From a virus (Duplodnaviria; Heunggongvirae; Uroviricota; Caudoviricetes): 64,000 nt of DNA. Below are positions 26,635 through 35,478 of this stretch, piece after piece. The notes beneath the pieces were generated by a model that did no database searches, was not told where the DNA came from, and was given only the letters and a program-made list of their open reading frames with translations. The translations under genes were made by a program, and so were the position numbers. The stretch is from positions 30,613 to 94,612 of the IMG/VR virus record IMGVR_UViG_3300036985_002287. One strand, written 5' to 3'. The stretch's first letter is position 1; each line of letters opens with the position of its first letter.

Positions 26635-27138
26635 TTACACGGGCATTTTGCCGTCAATTAACCAAACATAGGTAGGATATGTTACCGTCTCTTCAATAAT
26701 GGTAGAAATAATATTCCAATTGCCGCCACCTAATCCGGCGCCAATTAAAGGGATATGTAATTCGGACACAACATCTTCTAAGAATGACACAGCATGATTG
26801 ATTTGCTCGAAGCAGGACTGTATTGCATCATAACTACAATTTCTTGTAGGCATGCCAAATCCGTCCTGCGTAATTGCATTCCATATGACAAGCTCGGCGG
26901 TAGGACAGAAAGGGTATGCAAAACCTAAATCGAGTCCTTCCTCTTCGTGGATAGTGACATAGTCGGTATACGCTCCGGGATATTTCCTCTTTACTGCTAA
27001 GGCAACACCGGAACCCATAACACCTTGTGCATTGCATCCGTGAACAATATGACCGGATGTCACATCAAGTAAATTGCCAGTTCTATAAATAAGTTTCATT
27101 AAATCTTCCTTGTTGTATTTCGAAAATTGTTGTCCCAA
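26635..27138 (-). CDS. Macro-domain protein (ADP-ribose binding/hydrolase)
   Basis: GCNAQGVMGSGVALAV and GAGLGGGNW motifs typical of macro domains (MacroD/YmdB-like). Confidence 0.75.
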   Translation of the reverse strand: MGQQFSKYNKEDLMKLIYRTGNLLDVTSGHIVHGCNAQGVMGSGVALAVKRKYPGAYTDYVTIHEEEGLDLGFAYPFCPTAELVIWNAITQDGFGMPTRNCSYDAIQSCFEQINHAVSFLEDVVSELHIPLIGAGLGGGNWNIISTIIEETVTYPTYVWLIDGKMPV

Positions 27139-27395
27139 ACCGGATCAAGTAAAGGTTTAAATTTGGGATAGTATGCATCATGCAAATCGACGAGCGCATC
27201 TATTGCCAATACCGCATCAAATGGAAAACCTTGCCTATTTGGTCGATCAGAATATGTTAAGCTAGTTAATAACTCTCTGCCTGCCTTGTATCCCCAATGT
27301 AAACGCAATTTATTTTGTATATGCGGAAATTTTTCCAAACGCTCAATCAAATTGATTACTTCCTCGTTTTGATTCTTGTTTTGATCTTTTGTCAT
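27099..27395 (-). CDS. hypothetical protein
   Basis: 98-aa ORF. Confidence 0.4.
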   Translation of the reverse strand: MTKDQNKNQNEEVINLIERLEKFPHIQNKLRLHWGYKAGRELLTSLTYSDRPNRQGFPFDAVLAIDALVDLHDAYYPKFKPLLDPVWDNNFRNTTRKI

Positions 27396-27406
27396 ATATC
27401 ATATAT

Positions 27407-27658
27407 TTATTTCTGCTTCAATAATTTACTTATATCACGCAGTTGAACTATCTCATGTGCTGCCTCTTCCAATAGGTCTGCTATGCGATCCGGTTTGTTT
27501 TCCTGAACACTCTTTCTACCCGGAATCTGCCGGCGTATGCGGGCTCGCTCCTTCAGGCGATATACGATGTCCTGTTCCGGCGCCAGCTGTTGTTTGTCAT
27601 AGATTGACACCAGCCGTTCATTGTCGTATACTGATTCTGGGTTAATTTTCTTATTCAT
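27407..27658 (-). CDS. hypothetical protein
   Basis: 83-aa ORF. Confidence 0.4.
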   Translation of the reverse strand: MNKKINPESVYDNERLVSIYDKQQLAPEQDIVYRLKERARIRRQIPGRKSVQENKPDRIADLLEEAAHEIVQLRDISKLLKQK

Positions 27659-27848
27659 CTTCTTGTATACTTTTCAGTATGCTAATTAGTTGTGGGATTG
27701 CTTTGCGGTCCATGTGAAACACACTATTAAATGGCATTCCTTTAACCTGCATCTTCAACACAGTATCGGACGCCCACACATCAGCATACCAAGACGGTTC
27801 AAACTTTCCCTGATGTGTAGTGTCATACTGAGTGATTGTGTGTTTCAT
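27651..27848 (-). CDS. hypothetical protein
   Basis: 65-aa ORF. Confidence 0.35.
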   Translation of the reverse strand: MKHTITQYDTTHQGKFEPSWYADVWASDTVLKMQVKGMPFNSVFHMDRKAIPQLISILKSIQEDE

Positions 27849-28627
27849 TTTATATTACAAGTATTGTTTAAATTTTGCATATCGGCGCATGTATATGCTT
27901 GATAAGAATCTTTTAAAATATCCGGCATATCGATGTACTCGACTCTTGCATTATACTCCTTTGCAATTGTACGAGCAACCAACTCAAAAGATGATGCCTG
28001 CCCTGTTCCCAGATTCCATAATCCACTTTTATTAATATTCAAAAAATCCAGATGAGTTTTTATTACTTTCTGGACTTGAATAAAATCTCTCATAAAATTT
28101 TCACTATTTTTAAATAACTTAATTACACCAGTTTCCTTAGCCTGCTTTGTAAATTTAAAATGTGGGCTTGCTTGATCGCCTTTATGTTCTTCACCTTCGG
28201 GCCCATAGACATTAAAATATCTAAATCCTTGAATAATATTGCCACCGGGATGATCACGCACATATCGTTCAAATAAGTATTTACTCCATGCATACGGAGT
28301 GCGAGGATCCAATCGGGCATCTTCCTTGAATGTGCTGTTTAGTCCGTAAACGCTTGCACTACTCGAATATTGAAAATTAACTCCGTATGTTTTACAAGCA
28401 TTATACAATTGACGACTAAAATCAAAATTTTGTCTCATTACCTTTTCTATATCTCTATCAGTTGTGCTACTGATTGCACCAATATGTATAACCCAATCTT
28501 GTTCCATAACACTAGGGAGATTACTCTCGCCCCATTCATAAGTTGACACAGAATGTCCTGCAGATTCTAGTGCGGTCAACATATGACCGCCTATAAATCC
28601 TTTATAACCAGTTAATATAATATTCAC
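27845..28627 (-). CDS. hldD: NAD-dependent sugar epimerase of the HldD (ADP-L-glycero-D-manno-heptose 6-epimerase) family
   Basis: TGYKGFIGG Rossmann motif, YAWSK (YxxxK), and blocks GFRYFNVYGPEGEEHKG / FKNSENFMRDF / NLGTGQASSF / YQAYTCADM that match E. coli HldD almost motif-for-motif. Confidence 0.7.
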   Translation of the reverse strand: MNIILTGYKGFIGGHMLTALESAGHSVSTYEWGESNLPSVMEQDWVIHIGAISSTTDRDIEKVMRQNFDFSRQLYNACKTYGVNFQYSSSASVYGLNSTFKEDARLDPRTPYAWSKYLFERYVRDHPGGNIIQGFRYFNVYGPEGEEHKGDQASPHFKFTKQAKETGVIKLFKNSENFMRDFIQVQKVIKTHLDFLNINKSGLWNLGTGQASSFELVARTIAKEYNARVEYIDMPDILKDSYQAYTCADMQNLNNTCNIK

Positions 28628-28980
28628 TTCTGGCTATCTCCCGGCATAACACGATAATTATCTTCTACACTATCCGGTGTACTAACTTCCAGAATAGTGC
28701 CTGCTTCAAGACAGATAACTTGATGCGGAGATAGTGGTGGATTATGGTGTATCATCCCTGCTTCTAAAGTACATTCAAATATCTGTGCATTACTTGTCTG
28801 AATATATCTGACTAAGAACTTGCCACTCATGATACGCCATGTTTCTTCTTTAACTGAATGAAAGTGCATACTGAATCTAGAATCTTTATCGAAATGCATT
28901 AGTTTACTACAATATTTGTCATTAGATATCCAAATTTCTTCCGATCCCCAACCTTTTTTTACTCGGCCATTTAATCTCAT
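28624..28980 (-). CDS. cupin-domain protein (sugar isomerase/epimerase-like)
   Basis: 118 aa with His-containing cupin motifs (MHFHSVKEETW ... HHNP); translationally coupled to the HldD-like gene. Confidence 0.45.
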   Translation of the reverse strand: MRLNGRVKKGWGSEEIWISNDKYCSKLMHFDKDSRFSMHFHSVKEETWRIMSGKFLVRYIQTSNAQIFECTLEAGMIHHNPPLSPHQVICLEAGTILEVSTPDSVEDNYRVMPGDSQK

Positions 28981-29186
28981 ATATTACCTCTTCCTATTCT
29001 GCTGTAACCTAACTCACTCATTGTGTCACGCCGACCTTCTCGCTTGTCGTTTTCGTATTGTTGAATGACAAGCATGGCAAACTTTTCCAATTCTGATTCA
29101 CTAAAATTCCAGGGCTGTTTATGGTACTTTTCATAATCTCTTTGCCCGCCGGCCTTAAGAGTAAGTTGTCGAATTCGTTCATTCAT
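28977..29186 (-). CDS. MNE/KFAELIV small-protein family member (divergent)
   Basis: MNERIRQL...EKFAMLVIQQ; start ATG 29184-29186 overlaps the preceding paralogue's stop (ORF track lists a TTG start at 29198). Confidence 0.45.
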   Translation of the reverse strand: MNERIRQLTLKAGGQRDYEKYHKQPWNFSESELEKFAMLVIQQYENDKREGRRDTMSELGYSRIGRGNI

Positions 29187-29397
29187 CACTAACTCCAAAA
29201 TGTTCTAAAATAGAAGGCCGGACTAATCTTGCCTCACCGTGTGTCGCTGCATGATTACCAATGTCAGCACACTCCTGCACGATAAGTTCGGCAAACTTAC
29301 CAAGTTGGATCATGGCGAACTGATTGTCACCTTCTTGTGTGTGCTTGTCTGCATACGCATAGGCTTGCTTTTGCAGGGCTAAAAGTCGTTCATTCAT
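29179..29397 (-). CDS. MNE/KFAELIV/HFGVEE small-protein family member
   Basis: MNERLL...KFAELIVQEC...HFGVSDE. Confidence 0.55.
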   Translation of the reverse strand: MNERLLALQKQAYAYADKHTQEGDNQFAMIQLGKFAELIVQECADIGNHAATHGEARLVRPSILEHFGVSDE

Positions 29398-29600
29398 TCT
29401 TCAACTCCGAAATGTTTAAACATCGCAACTACCCCTTCATGATCGTGCCCGCAAAACTCACCACATTCCCGAACAATCAACTCGGCGAACTTTTTCATCA
29501 CAGTAGAGTCCAGAGTATCTTTTGGATCGTACATATACACAGCATCACCCCACACGGCAATACCAGCCTGTTCAGCAAGTAGTCGAATTCGTTCGTTCAT
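29394..29600 (-). CDS. MNE/KFAELIV/HFGVEE small-protein family member
   Basis: MNERIRLL...KFAELIVREC...HFGVEE. Confidence 0.55.
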   Translation of the reverse strand: MNERIRLLAEQAGIAVWGDAVYMYDPKDTLDSTVMKKFAELIVRECGEFCGHDHEGVVAMFKHFGVEE

Positions 29601-29770
29601 TCTTCTACTCCAAAGTGTTGTTTAATCACCAACTTATATTCAAGCGCCCGTGGATCAATTGGCGGCTCTACTTTTTCATGAACTAGTTGGTGTCTACCTT
29701 CAGTGTTTGTTACACCAAGTAATACACCATTATGATATACTTCCCATTCGTATCTATTTTCGTCAATCAT
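29597..29770 (-). CDS. small protein ending ...HFGVEE (family member, 57 aa; below ORF-track size cut-off)
   Basis: Own translation: MIDENRYEWEVYHNGVLLGVTNTEGRHQLVHEKVEPPIDPRALEYKLVIKQHFGVEE; ATGA-coupled on both sides. Confidence 0.45.
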   Translation of the reverse strand: MIDENRYEWEVYHNGVLLGVTNTEGRHQLVHEKVEPPIDPRALEYKLVIKQHFGVEE

Positions 29771-29982
29771 TCTTCTACTCCAAAGTGTTCTCTTATAATC
29801 TCTGCACCAGAAATACCGTAATCATTAACACGCAGGTTTTTAACTTGTTCGGCACATTCCCGAACAATAAGTTCGGCAAACTTTTCTTGTTGTTCTACCC
29901 ACGCTTCACAATATTCTCTGCCGTGAAAATCTAAAAACTTAATATCAGCCTGCGTGGCAAGTTCTTTAATTAGTTCATTCAT
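29767..29982 (-). CDS. MNE/KFAELIV/HFGVEE small-protein family member
   Basis: MNELIKEL...EKFAELIVRECAE...HFGVEE. Confidence 0.55.
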   Translation of the reverse strand: MNELIKELATQADIKFLDFHGREYCEAWVEQQEKFAELIVRECAEQVKNLRVNDYGISGAEIIREHFGVEE

Positions 29983-30193
29983 GCTTCGGCTCCAGACTAC
30001 CGCGTTCTAACCAAAGCGCAATGGCATTGTTGGATGTGTGGGATACATGTTCAATCCCTTTACTATCCACAAAAATAATGTCTTTACCGTCAAACTTTAG
30101 GTGACCATTCTCTGGTCCGATGATCATGTCATACGAATCATTGTGTGTCAGAAAACCTAACACAACGGGCCGCAGGATTGTATATTCATTCAT
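29975..30193 (-). CDS. small protein of the MNE.../...EPKHE junction group
   Basis: Starts MNEY, ends LEPKHE; shares the 20-nt junction ttcattcatgcttcggctcc with the two following genes. Confidence 0.45.
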   Translation of the reverse strand: MNEYTILRPVVLGFLTHNDSYDMIIGPENGHLKFDGKDIIFVDSKGIEHVSHTSNNAIALWLERGSLEPKHE

Positions 30194-30440
30194 GCTTCGG
30201 CTCCCGAGGGTCTTTGAAATACAATTTTTGATAATCAGGTGTAGATTTACCCAATGGTTGGATCATTGGTAATGTTCCGCCCAATTCAATTACTTGCCTA
30301 CGCAACTCTGTTATTTCTTCTAAAGAAGCCAGGTATAATGTGTCCCATGGCTTACCGTAGTTCAACGCATTTTCCAATACAGGCACAATGTCCTGGTCTC
30401 TGATTTGTTTTACTTGTTCATTCATGCTTCGGCTCCACAC
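30186..30440 (-). CDS. small protein of the MNE.../...EPKHE junction group
   Basis: Starts MWSRSMNEQ, ends REPKHE. Confidence 0.45.
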   Translation of the reverse strand: MWSRSMNEQVKQIRDQDIVPVLENALNYGKPWDTLYLASLEEITELRRQVIELGGTLPMIQPLGKSTPDYQKLYFKDPREPKHE

Positions 30441-30711
30441 CCTCTGGGTTTAACAGTTGAAAACAAAAATACTCCTCGCAATCGCTGCCAGGATCTCTCT
30501 TTTCTTTATGCAGGCGACACCAACCATCGCCGGTGTAGCAACCTTCAGCATCACCGTTGAAGTTATAGTAAGCACAGTGGTCACAGCAAGTGAACCCTGG
30601 AGCGCAATCAGGACATAGTTTCATTTCATTTCCACATTGTGGCTCCGCACTTGGTGCAATCATACGCAGTATCATTATGTCCATGACCAGCAAAACGCCA
30701 ATAGTGTTCAC
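30418..30711 (-). CDS. Cys-rich small protein of the ...EPKHE junction group
   Basis: 97 aa, 12 Cys (CPDCAPGFTCCDHC...), ends VEPKHE. Confidence 0.45.
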   Translation of the reverse strand: MNTIGVLLVMDIMILRMIAPSAEPQCGNEMKLCPDCAPGFTCCDHCAYYNFNGDAEGCYTGDGWCRLHKEKRDPGSDCEEYFCFQLLNPEGVEPKHE

Positions 30712-30798
30712 AGGTTCGTTGTTTCTCTTTTAAATCTACTGCTGCTTTAATCTTGGCACGATGATCCAGCACTAGTTGCTTTTCTTCTTCAGTTAGTT

Positions 30799-31308
30799 TC
30801 ATGTGTTGCCGCCAGCTTCTACAAAATTAATTTTAACACAGAATTTTTCCTTCCAGCTCCTGTAGGCGTGTTTCACAAAACCGTCCGGTCTATTTCGATA
30901 TTCGGTGCTTCTCTTGCGTTCGATATACCATTTAAACAGAAATGTCATCCCGAAGGTCGCAACAACCAGAAGAGTGATAATCATGGTTACTTCCGCCCAA
31001 GAAGAGAAGAACCAAGTACCGAGCATGAAACTGAACCAAACACCGATCAGGACGTGTGCCAGAAGAAAACCGACCAAACCTATTAAGGCAGCGGCTATTG
31101 CCAATAGCAATGCACCGCCCATAACATGCTTGGAGTATGTGCAGATATCTGCACTATCTCCGTATGTATAAAACTCACCGTCGCTATATTCGCAGACGCT
31201 GGGCACCCTGTAGTTGGCTACTTTTGTAGCAAGCAAAAAGTGCCAGCTGTTTACATTAAATGTAAGTGTTTTCATTTTGTTTCCTAAAAATAAAGGGGTT
31301 ACACACAT
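30799..31308 (-). CDS. integral membrane protein
   Basis: 169 aa with 3-4 hydrophobic helices. Confidence 0.45.
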   Translation of the reverse strand: MCVTPLFLGNKMKTLTFNVNSWHFLLATKVANYRVPSVCEYSDGEFYTYGDSADICTYSKHVMGGALLLAIAAALIGLVGFLLAHVLIGVWFSFMLGTWFFSSWAEVTMIITLLVVATFGMTFLFKWYIERKRSTEYRNRPDGFVKHAYRSWKEKFCVKINFVEAGGNT

Positions 31309-31357
31309 TATAGCGTATAACCCCTAATATTGCAATAGGTGTTGCCACCTATGTTTC

Positions 31358-32602
31358 TTACTTAGAAGTCTTGCCCTTAGTGACAGACATATCAATACCA
31401 AGTTCTCGCGCAGTCTTAGCAGTGAGCATTTCAACAAGAGCAGCAGCACCGTTTCCGCCTTGGGCACTATTACCCATCACTACACTCGGAACCCAAGCGC
31501 CTTGATATTCACCCATTGCAGTTGCATAAGCCTTTGATACAGTTACATACGCTTCCAGCTTTGCATCCAAAGCACCGTCCGCGTTCATTCGCAGAGACTT
31601 TGCTTGTGCATCACCTTCACCACGAAGAATTTGTTCCTTCTTGTATTGTTCAGCAGCCTTTGCACCTAGCGTTGCCACAGCCACAGCCTTTTCAGCGAAA
31701 GCAATTTCCTTGGCATTCAGTGTTTCTTGTTCCCACTTTGCCTTAGCCGCAGTTGCCTTACCTTGTTGCTCAGTTGTGATCGCATCTTGTTCAGCTTTCT
31801 TTGCGTTGGCGATAGAGATTTGAACACCAGTTGTTGACTGTTGACGTTGCTTGATCTGGTCTTCAACGATCTGGTCGTACTTGATTTCGTTGATTGAGAC
31901 CGGCTGTAAAATGATGCCATACTTCGTAATCTGGGATTCAGATTCACGCATCGGCTGACCCTTGTCATTCATTGCAATCTGCACCACAGCCACTTGCTTA
32001 TCAGCACCAGTGATCGGATCCTTCTGCGTGACTGTGACAGTCTTTGTCAGATACGGACCGTGAATCAACTGATCGTCAATGTACTTCGGAATCTCAGGAC
32101 GCTTTTCAGCCGATGATTCAGTTGAACTCATTGTGGGTCCGACGTTGTAAATAACTTTCTGCATCGCCGGGCGAATCAATTGCTGCTCAATGGCGCCGAC
32201 TGATCCAAAGTCCTTGTGAAGCGCCACGATCTGTTCGTGCTTCAACGGCATCTGCCAGTTCACTGTTCCGGAGATGTTACCGTGACCACCGTCATTGAAG
32301 CGAGTGGAGATTGATTCATCAGTCGTTTTTCCCTGATCTTTCACGGAACTAAACGAGAACTGATCACGCCGTTGATACGTTGTAACTTTGCCGAACGCCT
32401 GGGCTTTCCAACCGGGTTCAGTAAAAGTATTCAGATCGCCGCCAAGTGCCTGAATCACCATGAGGTTCTTCGCATCAAGATTTTCCACCAGCATTGGCAG
32501 ACATATCAGAAGTGCGAAAAATGCAAGCCCTGATAGAGCGCCGACTAGAATTCGGCGCGGGGTAATTGTGGGGGTGTTCATGTAGTTTTTCCTTGGTAAC
32601 AT
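31358..32602 (-). CDS. SPFH/band-7 (HflK/C-, stomatin-like) domain membrane protein
   Basis: N-terminal TM anchor, central SPFH-like region and Ala/Lys/Glu/Gln-rich coiled-coil tail typical of HflK/HflC-type proteins. Confidence 0.6.
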   Translation of the reverse strand: MLPRKNYMNTPTITPRRILVGALSGLAFFALLICLPMLVENLDAKNLMVIQALGGDLNTFTEPGWKAQAFGKVTTYQRRDQFSFSSVKDQGKTTDESISTRFNDGGHGNISGTVNWQMPLKHEQIVALHKDFGSVGAIEQQLIRPAMQKVIYNVGPTMSSTESSAEKRPEIPKYIDDQLIHGPYLTKTVTVTQKDPITGADKQVAVVQIAMNDKGQPMRESESQITKYGIILQPVSINEIKYDQIVEDQIKQRQQSTTGVQISIANAKKAEQDAITTEQQGKATAAKAKWEQETLNAKEIAFAEKAVAVATLGAKAAEQYKKEQILRGEGDAQAKSLRMNADGALDAKLEAYVTVSKAYATAMGEYQGAWVPSVVMGNSAQGGNGAAALVEMLTAKTARELGIDMSVTKGKTSK

Positions 32603-32604
32603 GA

Positions 32605-32874
32605 TTAAGATTTGACTATCGATGCTTCGACAATCTTCTGCTCAAGGGCAGCTTGCTCTTGATTTAAATCGAACAGTCGCTTTTGAAGGCGATACAGTTC
32701 GGTCTTTTCTTCCAGTTCGTGTTCAGCTTCCTCAACTGCAACAAGCAGAGGAGTAACCTTACGGAACATAGGAAAGAAAGGGGTGCTGAACAAGAAGGGC
32801 ATCACTATTTGAGTCAGAAACCCAATGAATAGCACCAGTGCCACAAACCCGCCAACCAATTCTAAAAAGATCAT
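32605..32874 (-). CDS. small membrane protein (NfeD-like partner candidate)
   Basis: 89 aa, two hydrophobic helices then coiled coil; immediately upstream of and coupled to the SPFH gene. Confidence 0.4.
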   Translation of the reverse strand: MIFLELVGGFVALVLFIGFLTQIVMPFLFSTPFFPMFRKVTPLLVAVEEAEHELEEKTELYRLQKRLFDLNQEQAALEQKIVEASIVKS

Positions 32875-32915
32875 ATAAACTCCTTTGTGTGTAGTGTATT
32901 ATATGTAATTGATTA

Positions 32916-33158
32916 TTAATTGTCTAGTGGATTAAGGTTACTTTTGAAATGGTTGTTTACTACAGAAGCAAAATATTCTCGACGATATCGGTCTTTGGTC
33001 ATAATAACATCGGAGCATTCTTTAACAATTAATCTAGCAAATTCTTCTAATGCTTCTTCAGGGCAAATTACATAAGCAGGTGCTGACCCAGATACTACTC
33101 GAACGAACGGTATACCGGCCTGTTCGGCAAGTTGTTTCAGTTGTTCATTCATTACCAA
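32916..33158 (-). CDS. MNE/FARLIV small-protein family member (divergent)
   Basis: MVMNEQLKQLAEQAGI...EEFARLIVKEC. Confidence 0.45.
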   Translation of the reverse strand: MVMNEQLKQLAEQAGIPFVRVVSGSAPAYVICPEEALEEFARLIVKECSDVIMTKDRYRREYFASVVNNHFKSNLNPLDN

Positions 33159-33346
33159 CCTTCTACGCCGGATACTTCAATCTTAAATTCGCCCTCTTCA
33201 CCCTCGATTGTGGTCCGTATTGTCATAGAAGTGGTTGAACCTATGCCGCTCGAATTATCCTGTTCAATTAAGAAGGTTTCGATATTAGGAAATTTATCCA
33301 TAATCTCTACCATCTTCTTTAAATCATCTCTGTGTATGTACATCAT
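33152..33346 (-). CDS. hypothetical protein
   Basis: 64-aa ORF. Confidence 0.35.
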   Translation of the reverse strand: MMYIHRDDLKKMVEIMDKFPNIETFLIEQDNSSGIGSTTSMTIRTTIEGEEGEFKIEVSGVEGW

Positions 33347-33363
33347 TTAACTCCGAATATTAA

Positions 33364-33807
33364 TTAGATCGAATACTCGTAATTAACGGTATCCGTGTTT
33401 TCCCTAAAAATCGCAGCACCATTCTTTAAATGGAATCGGCGAGCCATAGGCGTTTTAGGACTTAGTGTGACAAATCGTGTTACTGTTGGATATTGTATGC
33501 GAATGCTATCGACAGCCTTTAGTAACAGTTCGGCGCCTGCACCTGGTTTGTAACTCCATATTGTATAAAACACCGCCATAGTTGGATTATCGGTATTAGT
33601 TGATAGTTCGGCAACGTTCTCGGGAATCTCAGAATGGAAGCTGACACATACCATAGCATCAGGCGTACTATTCGATAAATCGTTGGATAGTGCAATAACT
33701 ATACGGCCGTCACTTACTCGGAACTCAGTTGGAATTTCCGGGCGGACAGGATCGTCTTTGATAAAGGATAGAAAGGAATTTAGGGTGTCTTTTATGTAAT
33801 GTATCAT
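33364..33807 (-). CDS. putative GNAT-family acetyltransferase
   Basis: KPGAGAELL (motif A-like R/QxxGxG/A) and C-terminal RFHLKNGA; weak. Confidence 0.35.
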   Translation of the reverse strand: MIHYIKDTLNSFLSFIKDDPVRPEIPTEFRVSDGRIVIALSNDLSNSTPDAMVCVSFHSEIPENVAELSTNTDNPTMAVFYTIWSYKPGAGAELLLKAVDSIRIQYPTVTRFVTLSPKTPMARRFHLKNGAAIFRENTDTVNYEYSI

Positions 33808-33864
33808 GATAATGATATTTATTATCTGCCGCTAAAAAATGAAATATTAGCACGTTATTTGACT

Positions 33865-34062
33865 TCAGTGTATTTTCTTTCTGAATATCTTAGCTTCCAA
33901 AAGTACATAAAAAGCCATAACCAAATTAATCATAGGCACCAAAGAGACGACCGCGCCGATGCAAATATCAACAATAGTGATAGAGCCTCGCTGCTTTCGA
34001 GTGCCGTAGAAAATACACACAAACGAAAGTAATACTGTTAATAAATAAATAGTTCCCATCAT
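33865..34062 (-). CDS. small membrane protein
   Basis: 65 aa, two hydrophobic helices. Confidence 0.4.
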   Translation of the reverse strand: MMGTIYLLTVLLSFVCIFYGTRKQRGSITIVDICIGAVVSLVPMINLVMAFYVLLEAKIFRKKIH

Positions 34063-34200
34063 TTCTTTCCCATCTCATAACGCCACGAATTATACGCATC
34101 GATACCCCAGCGGCGTTTCAACGATTCTTTTCCCATACATTCAATAAGAAGCTGATAATAACAAACTCGGAAATTACTATACTTGCCCAATATAAAATAG

Positions 34201-34515
34201 TCATTCTTCAACTCCAAAATGTCCTTCGAGTGTTCTTATCGCAACGAGTAACCCATCGTCGAATGCTCGATCATACACTTGACCAGCGGTGCCAACTTTG
34301 ATCGCTCTTACTTCTTCAATTTGATTAATACTTTCACGAATGATTAATTCTGCGAATTTTCTGTAGTCAAAATCACGTAACCCCTCGTGATCGCTTCCAT
34401 AAGGGGCAATCAATCCAGCTTTTCTTGCTAGGTCTCTCGTAATATCAATCATATACCTTCCAACAGTTGTTGTCATAGTCCCAGTGTCGGGTGTCGTAAA
34501 TCTGCACTTCCACAC
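34201..34515 (-). CDS. MNE/KFAELII/HFGVEE family member with N-terminal extension
   Basis: ...YRKFAELIIRES...EGHFGVEE. Confidence 0.5.
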   Translation of the reverse strand: MWKCRFTTPDTGTMTTTVGRYMIDITRDLARKAGLIAPYGSDHEGLRDFDYRKFAELIIRESINQIEEVRAIKVGTAGQVYDRAFDDGLLVAIRTLEGHFGVEE

Positions 34516-34703
34516 CGTATCCGAATAAGCATAACTCCAACGACGGTCCGGCGTGGTCGCACCGCACTGACCAATTAAAACTTATCTTGAGTAAGTCATA
34601 CGAATAGCGACAAATTTCAAATTCCCACGCTTTGTGCTCGGTAATCTTACAGGAACGGCAAAACAAGTTTTGGAAGTTTTCCGTGTACCACGGATTGGTA
34701 ATA

Positions 34704-34928
34704 CTAAGTTGTAGATTTATCATGAAGTTTATTCGCTTCATTTTCATCGCCATCCATAATTTCGAGCGTGCCGTCGAAATTGTAGCCAATGCCTTTGAGC
34801 CAATCCTGAATATGATTAAGCAAGTCCGGCCAAGTCTGTTCACCTGTGATAGTATGCTTTATTTCACGACCTGGGCCAAAGGATGTAACTTCGTCATCCT
34901 CATATATAAGAGTATATTTGCTCGTCAT
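34704..34928 (-). CDS. hypothetical protein
   Basis: 74-aa ORF. Confidence 0.4.
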   Translation of the reverse strand: MTSKYTLIYEDDEVTSFGPGREIKHTITGEQTWPDLLNHIQDWLKGIGYNFDGTLEIMDGDENEANKLHDKSTT

Positions 34929-34929
34929 A

Positions 34930-35478
34930 TTATTTCTCGATTGAAAATTTTGCTATTGCTTCTCTGAGGATATGTTCAACATAGTGGTTGAGAGTCATAT
35001 CAGCTTCGTGAGCTTGCGTCATCAATAACAATTTGGTTTCATCATCCAAATTTAATGTTATCGTTATGCGTGTATCATATTCTTTACCAGCAGCAATGGC
35101 AGTAGCCTTTTTCAAGATATCTTCTTCGACATCTAAATCGATGAACTTACTATCGTCCAGCGATGCTTCAAAATCTACGCCGCGGCAATCTGCCTCTGCC
35201 TTGTGTGCTTCCAGATAGTCCGGATGAATCCAGCGATATTCGCGATGGTTAGCATAGTCCCACGCTTGCATTTCATATACAACTTGAGTCTTTGTATCAA
35301 AGATGACACTTATCGAGCAGCCTGTGTCGTCATGTTTCTGGTTCCAGAAATCCATGTTATAGGCATCCGGACCATAACATGCCCAACCGTAGGTACTACC
35401 TTCAGTAATTTTATACTGAGTGCATTCCATAAAATCTTTAAGAGTAATAATAGTCATTTCGGGTCCTTTATATACCAA
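34930..35478 (-). CDS. hypothetical protein
   Basis: 182-aa ORF. Confidence 0.45.
   Translation of the reverse strand: MVYKGPEMTIITLKDFMECTQYKITEGSTYGWACYGPDAYNMDFWNQKHDDTGCSISVIFDTKTQVVYEMQAWDYANHREYRWIHPDYLEAHKAEADCRGVDFEASLDDSKFIDLDVEEDILKKATAIAAGKEYDTRITITLNLDDETKLLLMTQAHEADMTLNHYVEHILREAIAKFSIEK

Noticed and set aside
28977-30711. CRISPR-like array suggested by regularly spaced ~20-nt repeats
   Set aside because: The repeats are the coding stop/start junctions of small paralogous genes (HFGVEE*/MNE). Spacing is irregular (170-260 bp) and the intervening sequence is coding. It is not a CRISPR array.
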